A stretch of 64,000 nt of DNA. Origin: Planctomycetota bacterium (GTDB lineage: Bacteria; Planctomycetota; UBA11346). Below the pieces are notes generated by a model. The model was not told the origin of the DNA and did not search any database. It saw nothing but the letters and a program-made list of their open reading frames with translations. Position 1 is the stretch's first letter. Each line of letters starts with the position of its first letter. The stretch is from assembly GCA_028280785.1 (NCBI GenBank), contig JANQLF010000122.1:23627-87626 (forward strand). Direction: 5' to 3'. Below, in pieces: positions 48,800-58,084 of this stretch. The translations under genes were made by a program, and so were the position numbers.

Positions 48800-49096
48800 G
48801 TTTCGAGGGGCTCTGCCCCTCGTGCTCCCCCGCGACGGTTGCACGGTCAAGCCGCATCAAGATCGCGACTATTTTTCTCCGTTTAGAACTGCGAAAAATC
48901 CAGGTCAAGTAGACCTGACCGTCGCTCGGTCGTAGCCGGTTGCAGAAGCAACCGAAGAGCGCGCCGAGTTCTCGAGGCGGCGAGCACCGATGAATGGTCT
49001 GAGCTATATGCGAAGAATTTTTCGTAGCGTCAGCGTAGAAAAATAATGAAGACAACGCTCGCGGGGGAGCCCGAGGGGCAGAGCCCCTCGAAATAA
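48800..49096 (+). repeat. full-length BIME/MITE-like element with 35 bp terminal inverted repeats
   Basis: TTTCGAGGGGCTCTGCCCCTCGTGCTCCCCCGCGA at 48801-48835 versus reverse complement of 49059-49093 (1 mismatch). Several internal hairpins. Fills the exact interval between the secDF stop and the convergent regulator stop. Confidence 0.65.
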
Positions 49097-50959
49097 TCAG
49101 ATTACTTTATATTGACGCAATTTTGCGTAGAGCGTTGAACGATCTATGCCAAGCACTTCGGCGGTGGCTTTTTTGTTGCCGCCGCAGTGATCGAGGACGC
49201 GAAGGATGTGCATTTTTTCGACGTCAGCTAATGGGGCGATCGGTGAATTAAAGTTTTCATCTTCGCCACCGCTGATGCCGTCGGGTAAATCGCTGGCTTC
49301 GATTACTTTTCCCGCAGCCAAAATATTCACGCGTTCAATAGTGTTGCGTAATTGGCGTACATTACCTGGCCAACTGTAGCGCAGTAATAAGGCGCGTGCT
49401 TCAGGGCTGAATGTTTTTGCGGTTTCACTTAAGCGATTGGCGCTCTCATGTAAAAAGTGATCGATTAATGTGTCGATATCTTTTGGTCGATCAGAGAGTG
49501 GTGGAATATGTACTGATAAAACATTTAGGCGATGATAGAGATCTTCACGGAAATTACCGGCTTTAATCTCTTCCTCTAAATTGCGATTGGTTGCTGCGAG
49601 GATGCGTACATCAACTTGGCGTACCGAGCCTTCACCAACGCGTTGCACTTCACCTTGTTCAAGTGCGCGCAATAATTTTGCCTGTACCGACATTGGCAAT
49701 TCACCGACTTCGTCGAGGAAGAGCGTGCCTTGATCAGCTAATTCGAATAAACCAGGTCTGGTTTCATCGGCACCAGTAAAGGCGCCTTTAACATGACCAA
49801 ATAATGCAGACTCAATTAATGATTCGGCAATAGCGGCACAATTAATAACCTGCAAGACATTGGTGTTACGTTTACTTTGTTGATGAATGGAGCGGGCAAC
49901 TAATTCTTTGCCGGTACCACTAGCACCAGTTACCAAAATTGGCGCGTCAGTTGGTGCAGCTTTTTCAATAAATTGAAAGACAGTATCCATGCTTGGATCA
50001 CTGCCGATCAGATTTATTTTTTGTGTTTCTTGTTCGTCTTGTTGCAGACGTTCTACTTCTGCTTCAAGTTCAGCAACATGATCACAGTTATATAAACGGA
50101 TGGCTAATTGATTGGCAACCGCATGTAAGAATTCTAATTGAACGCGACTAAATGGTTTATCGCCATCAAGACGGTCGACATAAATTAAGGCCTGTAATTC
50201 TTCACCGATACGAATCGGCGCAGCCATCGCACTGCGTACGCCTGCCTGCATCATTGATGAGCTTGGGTCGACGTCACCGCCAATAGTACAGAGCATAGGC
50301 TCTTGGGTTTTACGTACTTGTCGCAGTAAGGTGCCAGCGAAAGGGGTGCTACCGAAGCGGGCGCGTAAGCGACGTTCATGCGGTGGCCATAAGGCCCAAT
50401 CATCAGGCGTTGGTAAAAAGACCGCGCAGCGTTCGCCTTCCAGAGCATCTGCCGCAACATCATCTAAAATTTCAAATAATTCATCACGGGTTTTGACTTC
50501 ATGGCTGCGTAGGACGACTTCATGTAATAACACTAAACAGTCGTGGGCTTCACGAATAATTGGATCTTGAATAACGCTTGAGGTAAACAGGACGCTGCTG
50601 CTGTCGAGGCCTTCCATGTCCCATGAAAAATCATCTTCAGCATAAGCAATAGTTTGGTCGACTTCTTCCGCGCTTTCAGCTTCATAGCGAATGTAGGTAT
50701 GACCGATTCGAAAGATGTAACCATCACTGAGCTCTTGCTGCTCGATGGAACCATTATCATCCCAAATGCCATTGGATGAATTTAAATCGCGTAGGGTGTA
50801 GCGTTTATTGGCAAAGGTGATTTCGCAATGGATGCGCGAGGCTTTAGCGTCCTCCAACTTGATCGCATTGGTACTATCACGACCCAATGTCGCCCGCTTT
50901 TTGTCTAATTTGAGGACAAAGCCTTGTCCGGGACCTTCGACGATTCGTAGTTGTGGCAT
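49097..50959 (-). CDS. sigma-54-dependent transcriptional activator with N-terminal FHA and central GAF domain
   Basis: 620 aa; FHA (ATLGRD...NSSNGIW); AAA+ sigma54 domain (VTGASGTGKE, GAFTGA, ESALFGH); C-terminal Fis-type HTH. Confidence 0.8.
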   Translation of the reverse strand: MPQLRIVEGPGQGFVLKLDKKRATLGRDSTNAIKLEDAKASRIHCEITFANKRYTLRDLNSSNGIWDDNGSIEQQELSDGYIFRIGHTYIRYEAESAEEVDQTIAYAEDDFSWDMEGLDSSSVLFTSSVIQDPIIREAHDCLVLLHEVVLRSHEVKTRDELFEILDDVAADALEGERCAVFLPTPDDWALWPPHERRLRARFGSTPFAGTLLRQVRKTQEPMLCTIGGDVDPSSSMMQAGVRSAMAAPIRIGEELQALIYVDRLDGDKPFSRVQLEFLHAVANQLAIRLYNCDHVAELEAEVERLQQDEQETQKINLIGSDPSMDTVFQFIEKAAPTDAPILVTGASGTGKELVARSIHQQSKRNTNVLQVINCAAIAESLIESALFGHVKGAFTGADETRPGLFELADQGTLFLDEVGELPMSVQAKLLRALEQGEVQRVGEGSVRQVDVRILAATNRNLEEEIKAGNFREDLYHRLNVLSVHIPPLSDRPKDIDTLIDHFLHESANRLSETAKTFSPEARALLLRYSWPGNVRQLRNTIERVNILAAGKVIEASDLPDGISGGEDENFNSPIAPLADVEKMHILRVLDHCGGNKKATAEVLGIDRSTLYAKLRQYKVI

Positions 50960-51008
50960 GAGGTCGCTATGTTGGTGTCAAATAGAGGCGAGGAAAGGCT
51001 TCGATCAT

Positions 51009-52934
51009 CTAAAAACTAGACGTCATCAGCTTCTGGATCCTTTTGGCAAATCCTACATTGTCCTTTATCTGCGAACCGTCTGCGAGTAAGGCCTGATCAC
51101 GAAGGACTTGGATGTAATCATCAAGAACCTCAGCTTTTGAATCGTCGCCATGCAAGTCATTGAGCTTTTGAATCAACTCATGATCTGGATTGAGTTCGAG
51201 AATCCGTTGTTGCGGTGGCAGGGCCTGACCGTTGCGGCGCAGGAGTTCTTCCATCTGACTGGTCATACCGCCGGCGTCATTGACGATGCAGCATGGTGAA
51301 TCTGTTAAGCGTTTGGATAAGCGCACTTCTTTAATGTCTTCACCAAGCGTTTCGTTGGCAAAGTCCATAAATGGTTTGAACGATTCACTCAATTCTTCCA
51401 GTGCTTTCTTATCGTCTTCATCGCTCAGGTCATCGCCACCACTGTTTATATTTACCAGCGATTTTTCTTTGTATTCATTTAAATGCTGTGCAACCCATTC
51501 ATCAACAGGATCGGTTAAATACAGAACTTCATAACCCTTGCTTAAATAACCTTCTAAATGTGGGCTGCCTTTAGCGGCGGCGAGATTTGGTGCGGTGATA
51601 ACATAGATTTTTTCTTGATCTTCACCCATGCGTTCGATGTAGGCATCAAGACTGGTTTTAAGGGTGCCATCTTCTGCTTGTTCTTGTTCAATTGACCATG
51701 AGCTTTGGAAGCGAGCAAGACCGCTGAGCTTTTCTTTGTTTTCAAAATCTTGGACAATGCCTTCGCGCAGGACTGAACCAAAGTTTTCTTCAATAGAATT
51801 AAAGAGTTTTTGATCTTCATCCTTTTTGCTTTTGGCGAGTTTTGCTAAGTGATCGAGGACGCGTTTGACTAATTGTTTACGCAGTTTATCGACAACACTT
51901 TGCTGTTGCAATATTTCACGACTAACATTTAACGGTAAATCATCGCTATCGACAACACCTTTAACGAAGCGCAAATATTCAGGTAATAAATCTTCGCAGT
52001 CGTCCATAATAAAGACACTGCGTACATACAACGACAAGCCTGATTTATTATTGTTAAACATATCCATTGGCTTGCTGCCAGGGATGTATAATAAACCAGT
52101 AAAGGTGAGCGAGCCTTCTACGTTAAAGTGAATCCACGATGCTGGCTCGTCCCATTGCTTGCATGCGGTGCGATAAAAGTTTTTATAATCTTCATCAGAA
52201 ATATCTGATTTAGATTTGGTCCACAGTGCTTTGCCTTCATTGACTTGTTCGTACTCTGCTTCTTTGCCTTCTTTTTGATCCTCTTCGCTGACCGTGCCGA
52301 GCATGAAGATCGGATAGGTGACGTAGTCGCTGTATTTTTTAATTAAGCTACGCAGACGGAAGCTTTCGGCGTACTCATGGGCATTCTCGCGCAGATAGAG
52401 GGTGATGGTGGTACCACGTTGTGGGCGGGCGATGTTTTCGAGTTCGAAGCTGCCGTCGCCGTTGCTTTCCCAACGCACACCTTCGTTGGAACTGAGGCGA
52501 ACGCTGCGGCTTTCGACCACCACGCGCTCGGCTACTATAAAGGAAGAGTAGAAGCCAACGCCGAATTGGCCAATCAGACTGTTAAGATCACTTTGCTGCT
52601 CGGCATCAACTGAACCCAGGAACTCTTTTGTACCGGATTTGGCGATGGTACCGAGGTGCTCTTTGGCCTCATCCAGGCTCAAGCCGATACCGTTGTCGCT
52701 GATCGTGACGGTGTGCTCATCGGCATCGAAGTCGACATGGACCTTGAGATCTTCATCGCCTTTGAGGAGCTCGGTGTTAGTCAGGCTCTCAAAGCGCAGC
52801 TTGTCGCAGGCATCAGATGCATTGCTGATCAGCTCACGCAGGAAGATTTCACCCTCACTGTAGAGGCTGTGGATCATCAGGTGAAGGAGTTGTTGAACTT
52901 CTGTCTGGAACTCGTGTTGACTCATATCGGACAC
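51009..52934 (-). CDS. htpG: molecular chaperone HtpG (Hsp90)
   Basis: 641 aa; IFLRELISNASDACDKLR, GQFGVGFYS motifs. Confidence 0.85.
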   Translation of the reverse strand: MSDMSQHEFQTEVQQLLHLMIHSLYSEGEIFLRELISNASDACDKLRFESLTNTELLKGDEDLKVHVDFDADEHTVTISDNGIGLSLDEAKEHLGTIAKSGTKEFLGSVDAEQQSDLNSLIGQFGVGFYSSFIVAERVVVESRSVRLSSNEGVRWESNGDGSFELENIARPQRGTTITLYLRENAHEYAESFRLRSLIKKYSDYVTYPIFMLGTVSEEDQKEGKEAEYEQVNEGKALWTKSKSDISDEDYKNFYRTACKQWDEPASWIHFNVEGSLTFTGLLYIPGSKPMDMFNNNKSGLSLYVRSVFIMDDCEDLLPEYLRFVKGVVDSDDLPLNVSREILQQQSVVDKLRKQLVKRVLDHLAKLAKSKKDEDQKLFNSIEENFGSVLREGIVQDFENKEKLSGLARFQSSWSIEQEQAEDGTLKTSLDAYIERMGEDQEKIYVITAPNLAAAKGSPHLEGYLSKGYEVLYLTDPVDEWVAQHLNEYKEKSLVNINSGGDDLSDEDDKKALEELSESFKPFMDFANETLGEDIKEVRLSKRLTDSPCCIVNDAGGMTSQMEELLRRNGQALPPQQRILELNPDHELIQKLNDLHGDDSKAEVLDDYIQVLRDQALLADGSQIKDNVGFAKRIQKLMTSSF

Positions 52935-53173
52935 TCCAATGGGGCAGTGTGTAAATGGGCTGCTTCCTATAATAGATGAATTGGATCTGCCAAGTCTTTT
53001 GGGTTTCGGGCTGTGACTTGTAGCAAGCCCTATGCTAATTCATGAGTTACACACACTCGCTATAGTGGCATCAAGCATGCCTTTGACGCTGAAATGGGAT
53101 CTGTCACGATACAATGCTCTCTTGCCGTTAAATCTTAGCTAAATCTGTATCTTACAGATATTTAGCGCTCCGC

Positions 53174-55084
53174 ATGCGGCACGAGAAAGTCGAGGGAGTT
53201 TTGCCAATGGATGCTTTTCCAGTCATCTGGGGCTTGGACATCGGACACAGCACACTTAAGGCGGTTAAATTAGCCCGTTCTGGTCCTGATGTAATCATTC
53301 AAGGTTATGCGATCGAACCTATTGCACGCGGTGAAGATGTTGACCGCGACATGGCGGTACTCGATTCGTTGAAAGCCTTGGTCGAGCGTGAAGAAATGCA
53401 CGACGCACCTGTCGTCGTGGCATTATCTGGTCGTCAGATTTTTACCAAGACCATTAATGTACCCGTTCTGAATCAAAATAAAATTGGCCGCATGGTCGAA
53501 TTAGAGGCGCGCCAACAAATTCCTGGCGACTTTAATGACGTCGAGTGGGATTATCACCTATCGCCTTCTATTGATGGTGCGTCGTATGACGTGACTTTAT
53601 TTGCTGCGCGTCGTGAGTTGGTGCATAATTTGGTTACCTTATGCGACGCTGCTGATTTACAGTTGGCTGGTGTATCGGTATCAAGTTTAGCTGTTTATAA
53701 CTTTGTTAATTATGACCAAGAATTCGAAGAAGAAGAATCGGTGGTTATTCTTGATGTTGGTGCCGAAAACACTGACTTAGTTGTTTATCAAGATGATCAT
53801 TTATGGATTCGTAACTTGGCTTTCTCGGGTAATGATATTACCCACGCTTTCGAAAAGAAATTCCGTGTAAGCTTCGAAGAAGCTGAAAAATTAAAAATGG
53901 AAGTCAACGACAGTCGTCAGGCTGAGCGTATTATGAAAGTGGTCGAGGCGAGCCTTGGCGATTTGACTTCTGATGTGCAACGAAGTTTAGGCTTTTATAA
54001 GAGCCAAAACCCTGATGCGAATTTTGAAAATGTCGTGGTCAGTGGTAATACCTTCCGGATGGAAGCACTCAGTTCCTACTTAGCTAATAAATTAGGTTAC
54101 CCCATTATTACCTTGGTTGAACTTGATCGTATTGAAGTACACGATTCGCTTGAGCGTGAACAATTTGCTCACGATGTGCAATCATTAAGTACGGCAATTG
54201 GTTTAGCACTTGAGGGTGTCGGTGCCGGTACGGCTTCGGTTAATTTATTGCCGAAGAGCATTCGCTTGCAGGCCCTGTTAAAAACCAAGCGTTGGGCGGC
54301 AATTGCGGCATTAATTTTAATTGCTATTGCCTTTATCGTTACCTATTCAATCAAGAGTACCCGTGCAGCTGATTATGCTGAATGGAAAAACCAAGTTACC
54401 ACCGTTCAAGATCAATTAGCTGAAGGTGAAGCACCCGTTCAGGCTTTGGTTGATAAAATCGTACCACAGGCCCAGGAGATGGCTTCGTATCGGACCTTTG
54501 GCCAGCAAAAAGGACATATCCAAAGTATCCAACAAGGCATCATTGTGACCTTGCAATCGATTGCCCAGAATCCTGAATTTACTTTGGATCCACCGAATAA
54601 GAAACCCATCAATGGTGGTGATCCGGTAACCCAGCCAATATTTTTAGATGCAATCAAAATTCCTGAATTAGCTTTAAATGAGAATAACATTTTTACACCA
54701 GACACATCTGGTCGTATTGTAGAGATCGTGGTTTTAATTCACAGCCGTGCTTCGAATGCCAAGATTGTGAAAACCATCGCTGAAAAACTTACCGACCTTA
54801 AAATTGGTAAGGCCTTACAGCATGTGAATGGTTTAGATGCTACACACAAAGTGTTTGTATCTGTAAATAGTGCTTCGGAAGAATCAAAAGACATTCGTTG
54901 GCGCTATCGCCAAGATAACTTTGTCGGTGTTGATGGCGGCATTAGCCACAAGTTAGATCAAAACACCACGCGTTATACGGCAATGACATTTGTCTGTGAA
55001 TTAAATAGTCTCAAGCCACAACCAAAGGTTGAAGCGGCACCTCCTCCACCTGAGGAAGATGTTGTAGAAGAGGAGGCTGAATAA
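53174..55084 (+). CDS. type IV pilus/T2SS inner-membrane assembly protein, fused PilM-PilN-like with extended periplasmic domain
   Basis: 636 aa; N-terminal actin-like PilM fold (VIWGLDIGHSTLKAV), single TM (AAIAALILIAIAFIV), approx 250 aa periplasmic tail; 1 nt overlap (TAATG) with next gene. Confidence 0.65.
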   Translation: MRHEKVEGVLPMDAFPVIWGLDIGHSTLKAVKLARSGPDVIIQGYAIEPIARGEDVDRDMAVLDSLKALVEREEMHDAPVVVALSGRQIFTKTINVPVLNQNKIGRMVELEARQQIPGDFNDVEWDYHLSPSIDGASYDVTLFAARRELVHNLVTLCDAADLQLAGVSVSSLAVYNFVNYDQEFEEEESVVILDVGAENTDLVVYQDDHLWIRNLAFSGNDITHAFEKKFRVSFEEAEKLKMEVNDSRQAERIMKVVEASLGDLTSDVQRSLGFYKSQNPDANFENVVVSGNTFRMEALSSYLANKLGYPIITLVELDRIEVHDSLEREQFAHDVQSLSTAIGLALEGVGAGTASVNLLPKSIRLQALLKTKRWAAIAALILIAIAFIVTYSIKSTRAADYAEWKNQVTTVQDQLAEGEAPVQALVDKIVPQAQEMASYRTFGQQKGHIQSIQQGIIVTLQSIAQNPEFTLDPPNKKPINGGDPVTQPIFLDAIKIPELALNENNIFTPDTSGRIVEIVVLIHSRASNAKIVKTIAEKLTDLKIGKALQHVNGLDATHKVFVSVNSASEESKDIRWRYRQDNFVGVDGGISHKLDQNTTRYTAMTFVCELNSLKPQPKVEAAPPPPEEDVVEEEAE

Positions 55085-56115
55085 TGGATAAAATCAAGCC
55101 ATACTTATTCTGGATTATCTGCGGTGTTGTGTTGATAATCGAATTGGTGCTGATCACGGTGATGCAGCCAGTTAATGATGACGGCAAAGATGTGTATAAG
55201 GCAACTAGAGCTTTAAATGATGCAGTTGACTCCTTTGATAAAGGTTATGTCAATCGCACTAAGCAGTTGCCTCCATCAAGCTTCGCTATCGATAATGTTG
55301 ACTATTTCAATAATATTAAACAAAGTTACTTGGTATCTGACAGTTGGATGCCAGGCTTACAGCAAGTCGATAAAAACTTAAAAACCCATAAGAAAAATGT
55401 TGAAGATAAATTAAAGAAGAGCAGCGAAATTCTACATGAACCAATTAGACGCACCAATTTATTGGCTGATTGGTATACTGCGTATATCGCAAAGACGACT
55501 GCACTGCTGAAACAGTTAAAAGATAACAATCAACTGCAACCGCCAACTAATGATCCATTTGCCAAAGCCAAGGCTAAGGATGAGGAAGCGATGGAGGAGA
55601 TCCTTCGGTCCAATAATGCCGTGCGAAAAATTTGTGGTTTTTACACCAAAGGAGCACAATTCCCAACGACTGAAGAGCATCCAATTATTACTACGCGTTT
55701 TCATATCACCAACGCGATTGTGAAAGCTGCGCTCGAGTCAGAGGGTTCCTTATTAAATAATCGCTTAATGGCATTTGGTGAAACCAACTTTGTCATTCCA
55801 CCCGAAGGTGTGGTACGCCCCAAAATTGAAGAAATTATGTGGGGCACTAATGCAGTTAAATGGGACAGCGAAAATACAATTGGTGTCAAAGGTGGTCGTG
55901 CGATTACTTGTACATTGAAAGCACGCGGCTCAGCATCAGCGTTATTAGCGCTGACTGCAAATATCGAGAAAAGCCAGACCCCAATTTTTATCGTCCATGG
56001 TAGCCAATGGTCACAGCCACGAAATCGTAGGCGTGATAGTGTCAAGGCTATGGATAGTGACATCATCATGACGCTTAAATTAGCCATATTGGATTATCAA
56101 GGAGGTCAGCAATGA
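55084..56115 (+). CDS. membrane-anchored periplasmic protein (possible PilO-analog)
   Basis: 343 aa; N-terminal TM; translationally coupled to both neighbours. Confidence 0.4.
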   Translation: MDKIKPYLFWIICGVVLIIELVLITVMQPVNDDGKDVYKATRALNDAVDSFDKGYVNRTKQLPPSSFAIDNVDYFNNIKQSYLVSDSWMPGLQQVDKNLKTHKKNVEDKLKKSSEILHEPIRRTNLLADWYTAYIAKTTALLKQLKDNNQLQPPTNDPFAKAKAKDEEAMEEILRSNNAVRKICGFYTKGAQFPTTEEHPIITTRFHITNAIVKAALESEGSLLNNRLMAFGETNFVIPPEGVVRPKIEEIMWGTNAVKWDSENTIGVKGGRAITCTLKARGSASALLALTANIEKSQTPIFIVHGSQWSQPRNRRRDSVKAMDSDIIMTLKLAILDYQGGQQ

Positions 56116-57824
56116 AGGTCTTGTTAATGCAACATGGGGAAAAGCTCGTTCTCCTAATCGTTTTGATAATTTTAGGCATGTGGATTAGCGGTGTAAACAG
56201 CGATGGTAAAACCTTGCCTAAAAAGCAGGCAGAAAAAATTAATATCGATAAGAAAATCAAAGAAGCTAAAGATTACACGGCAAAACCAGCACCAATTCCT
56301 GAGAAGCCGATGGATTATACTGGTGTTATTCAAAATCGTTTAGCAGTTTTAGTTGATTTTGCCGATACCTTGCAGTGGTTAACTGCACATCCTGACATCG
56401 TAGAAGGTAGCACCGATGACCGCACGGTTTTCTCTATCTATGAAGTGCTCTCTCCATCGGTGACTGCTGAGGATGAAGTTGGTTCGATTTTAGTCACGGT
56501 TGAAATGCCAGATCGTCGTGGCGGTAAAGGCGGCGATGAGGTGCAAACCGGCGACGAAATTGAATGGGAGCGTGCATTGAAAGGCGGTAAAACCGTCACC
56601 AATACTGCGCGTTGGTTAGGTGTAAAAGTAGAATATCAAGTTGGTGGAAAAGGCGCTTGGCGTCCACTGAAGAGCGTTGGCCTTAAAGATGGCGTGCATA
56701 TTTTCAGAGATGAATCTATGACACCTCCAGAATTCCGTCATAATGGTGTACAAGGTAAACAGCAATATTCGTACCGCGCTTCATTAATTGTTGCGGCAAC
56801 AGGTGTACGCGAAGAAGGCCCAGCTGAGCTCGGTGAAGAGACTATTGTTTATGATGGTGAATATACAGGACAGATCGATCGTTTTGTGTGGGCTCAAGGT
56901 GCTGGACGCATTAAAGGTCGTCTCAAAGCGGTAGAACCGAAAACAGTTCCTGATATGCATCGTGTTACTCTTGGTAAAACCGAAAAACTTTATATTGGCC
57001 GTGCTGGTGAAGCAGGTACCGTCGAGCAAACGGAATCAGATATTATATTTGCAGTAAAACAAATTAGTGCACTTGGTGGCACTGATCCGACATTGCGTGT
57101 CTATATGATGAAAATGGTACGTGATCGCAACGGTAAAATTCTTGGCTGGACCGAAGCATTGGAAATTAAAAATGTTAAGGTTGGTGATAAATTAGGAACA
57201 CCGCCAGAGGGCCAGAAAGGTATTCCAGTTAAATTACGCAATGCACCAGATGGTGGTTTACGCTTGGTGAATTTCCAAACAGATTGGGTAGTTGCTGATT
57301 TAAATATCGAAGGTCGTCGCATTTATTATTACGAAGTGAAAAAGAAAAATGTTGATGGAAAGACCATCTTGTATCTTAATGAAAAAGCACGTACTAATTA
57401 TCATGTTGTAACGTTGAATAATGGTGTTGAAAATATTCAAATCATTCGTTTGGATAAATTGACTCCGAATCGTAATCCTCAATTCTGTTATCCGCTCATT
57501 CAACAAAAGGTTAATGAAACTGAAGAATTTAAAGATGGCGATCCAACTGAGTTCACGCAGCCTATTTTAGAACCAGAAAAACCGGTTGAGTGGCCAGCGG
57601 ATAAAATTCCACCAGATGGTGTGCCTGAGGACTTCCAAACCGACGTGCCATACTTCGTTTTTGCTGATGGTCGCATCGTCTGGTATGACCACGTGAATAA
57701 GAAAATGAAGTCTACCGAGGTGAAACCACCGAAGGTCGAAGAGCCAGAAGTTCCGGAAGGTGGCGAGGGTGAAGATGGCGAAGCACCGCCAGACGGCCAA
57801 GAACCACCGCCAGATGGCAACTAA
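56112..57824 (+). CDS. membrane-anchored periplasmic protein with Pro/Glu-rich C-terminus (possible PilP-analog)
   Basis: 570 aa; N-terminal TM; ATGA overlap with upstream gene. Confidence 0.4.
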   Translation: MKVLLMQHGEKLVLLIVLIILGMWISGVNSDGKTLPKKQAEKINIDKKIKEAKDYTAKPAPIPEKPMDYTGVIQNRLAVLVDFADTLQWLTAHPDIVEGSTDDRTVFSIYEVLSPSVTAEDEVGSILVTVEMPDRRGGKGGDEVQTGDEIEWERALKGGKTVTNTARWLGVKVEYQVGGKGAWRPLKSVGLKDGVHIFRDESMTPPEFRHNGVQGKQQYSYRASLIVAATGVREEGPAELGEETIVYDGEYTGQIDRFVWAQGAGRIKGRLKAVEPKTVPDMHRVTLGKTEKLYIGRAGEAGTVEQTESDIIFAVKQISALGGTDPTLRVYMMKMVRDRNGKILGWTEALEIKNVKVGDKLGTPPEGQKGIPVKLRNAPDGGLRLVNFQTDWVVADLNIEGRRIYYYEVKKKNVDGKTILYLNEKARTNYHVVTLNNGVENIQIIRLDKLTPNRNPQFCYPLIQQKVNETEEFKDGDPTEFTQPILEPEKPVEWPADKIPPDGVPEDFQTDVPYFVFADGRIVWYDHVNKKMKSTEVKPPKVEEPEVPEGGEGEDGEAPPDGQEPPPDGN

Positions 57825-57831
57825 GAAGCAT

Positions 57832-57868
57832 ACAAAAGGCCTGAATCTGCTGATTCAGGCCTTTTTTT
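57832..57868 (+). terminator. rho-independent terminator
   Basis: AAAAGGCCTGAATC-TGCT-GATTCAGGCCTTTTTTT. Confidence 0.7.
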
Positions 57869-58084
57869 GTGGCTGAAAGCGACAGATGCCGATAGAGGTC
57901 AAATACGGCACCATTAGTCGTGCGTTTTGACTAAGAAATATAGACCTAATCACTTGTAAAAATAAGGACTTAGGTGATGAGACACAGTGGCAGACACCGC
58001 TAGGGGCAGTGCCCATCCTTACTTGGTAAGGGCTTGACCGCTATCTAGTCTAATCGGCCCAGATCGCCTAGAGCGAGGAATGTT

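Noticed and set aside
57900-58080. GGGGCAGTGCCC palindrome upstream of the first secretin gene as another copy of the REP-like family
   Set aside because: Only a 12 bp partial palindrome; it lacks the flanking CGAAACAAAA and TTTTCGTAG family motifs, so too short to assign.
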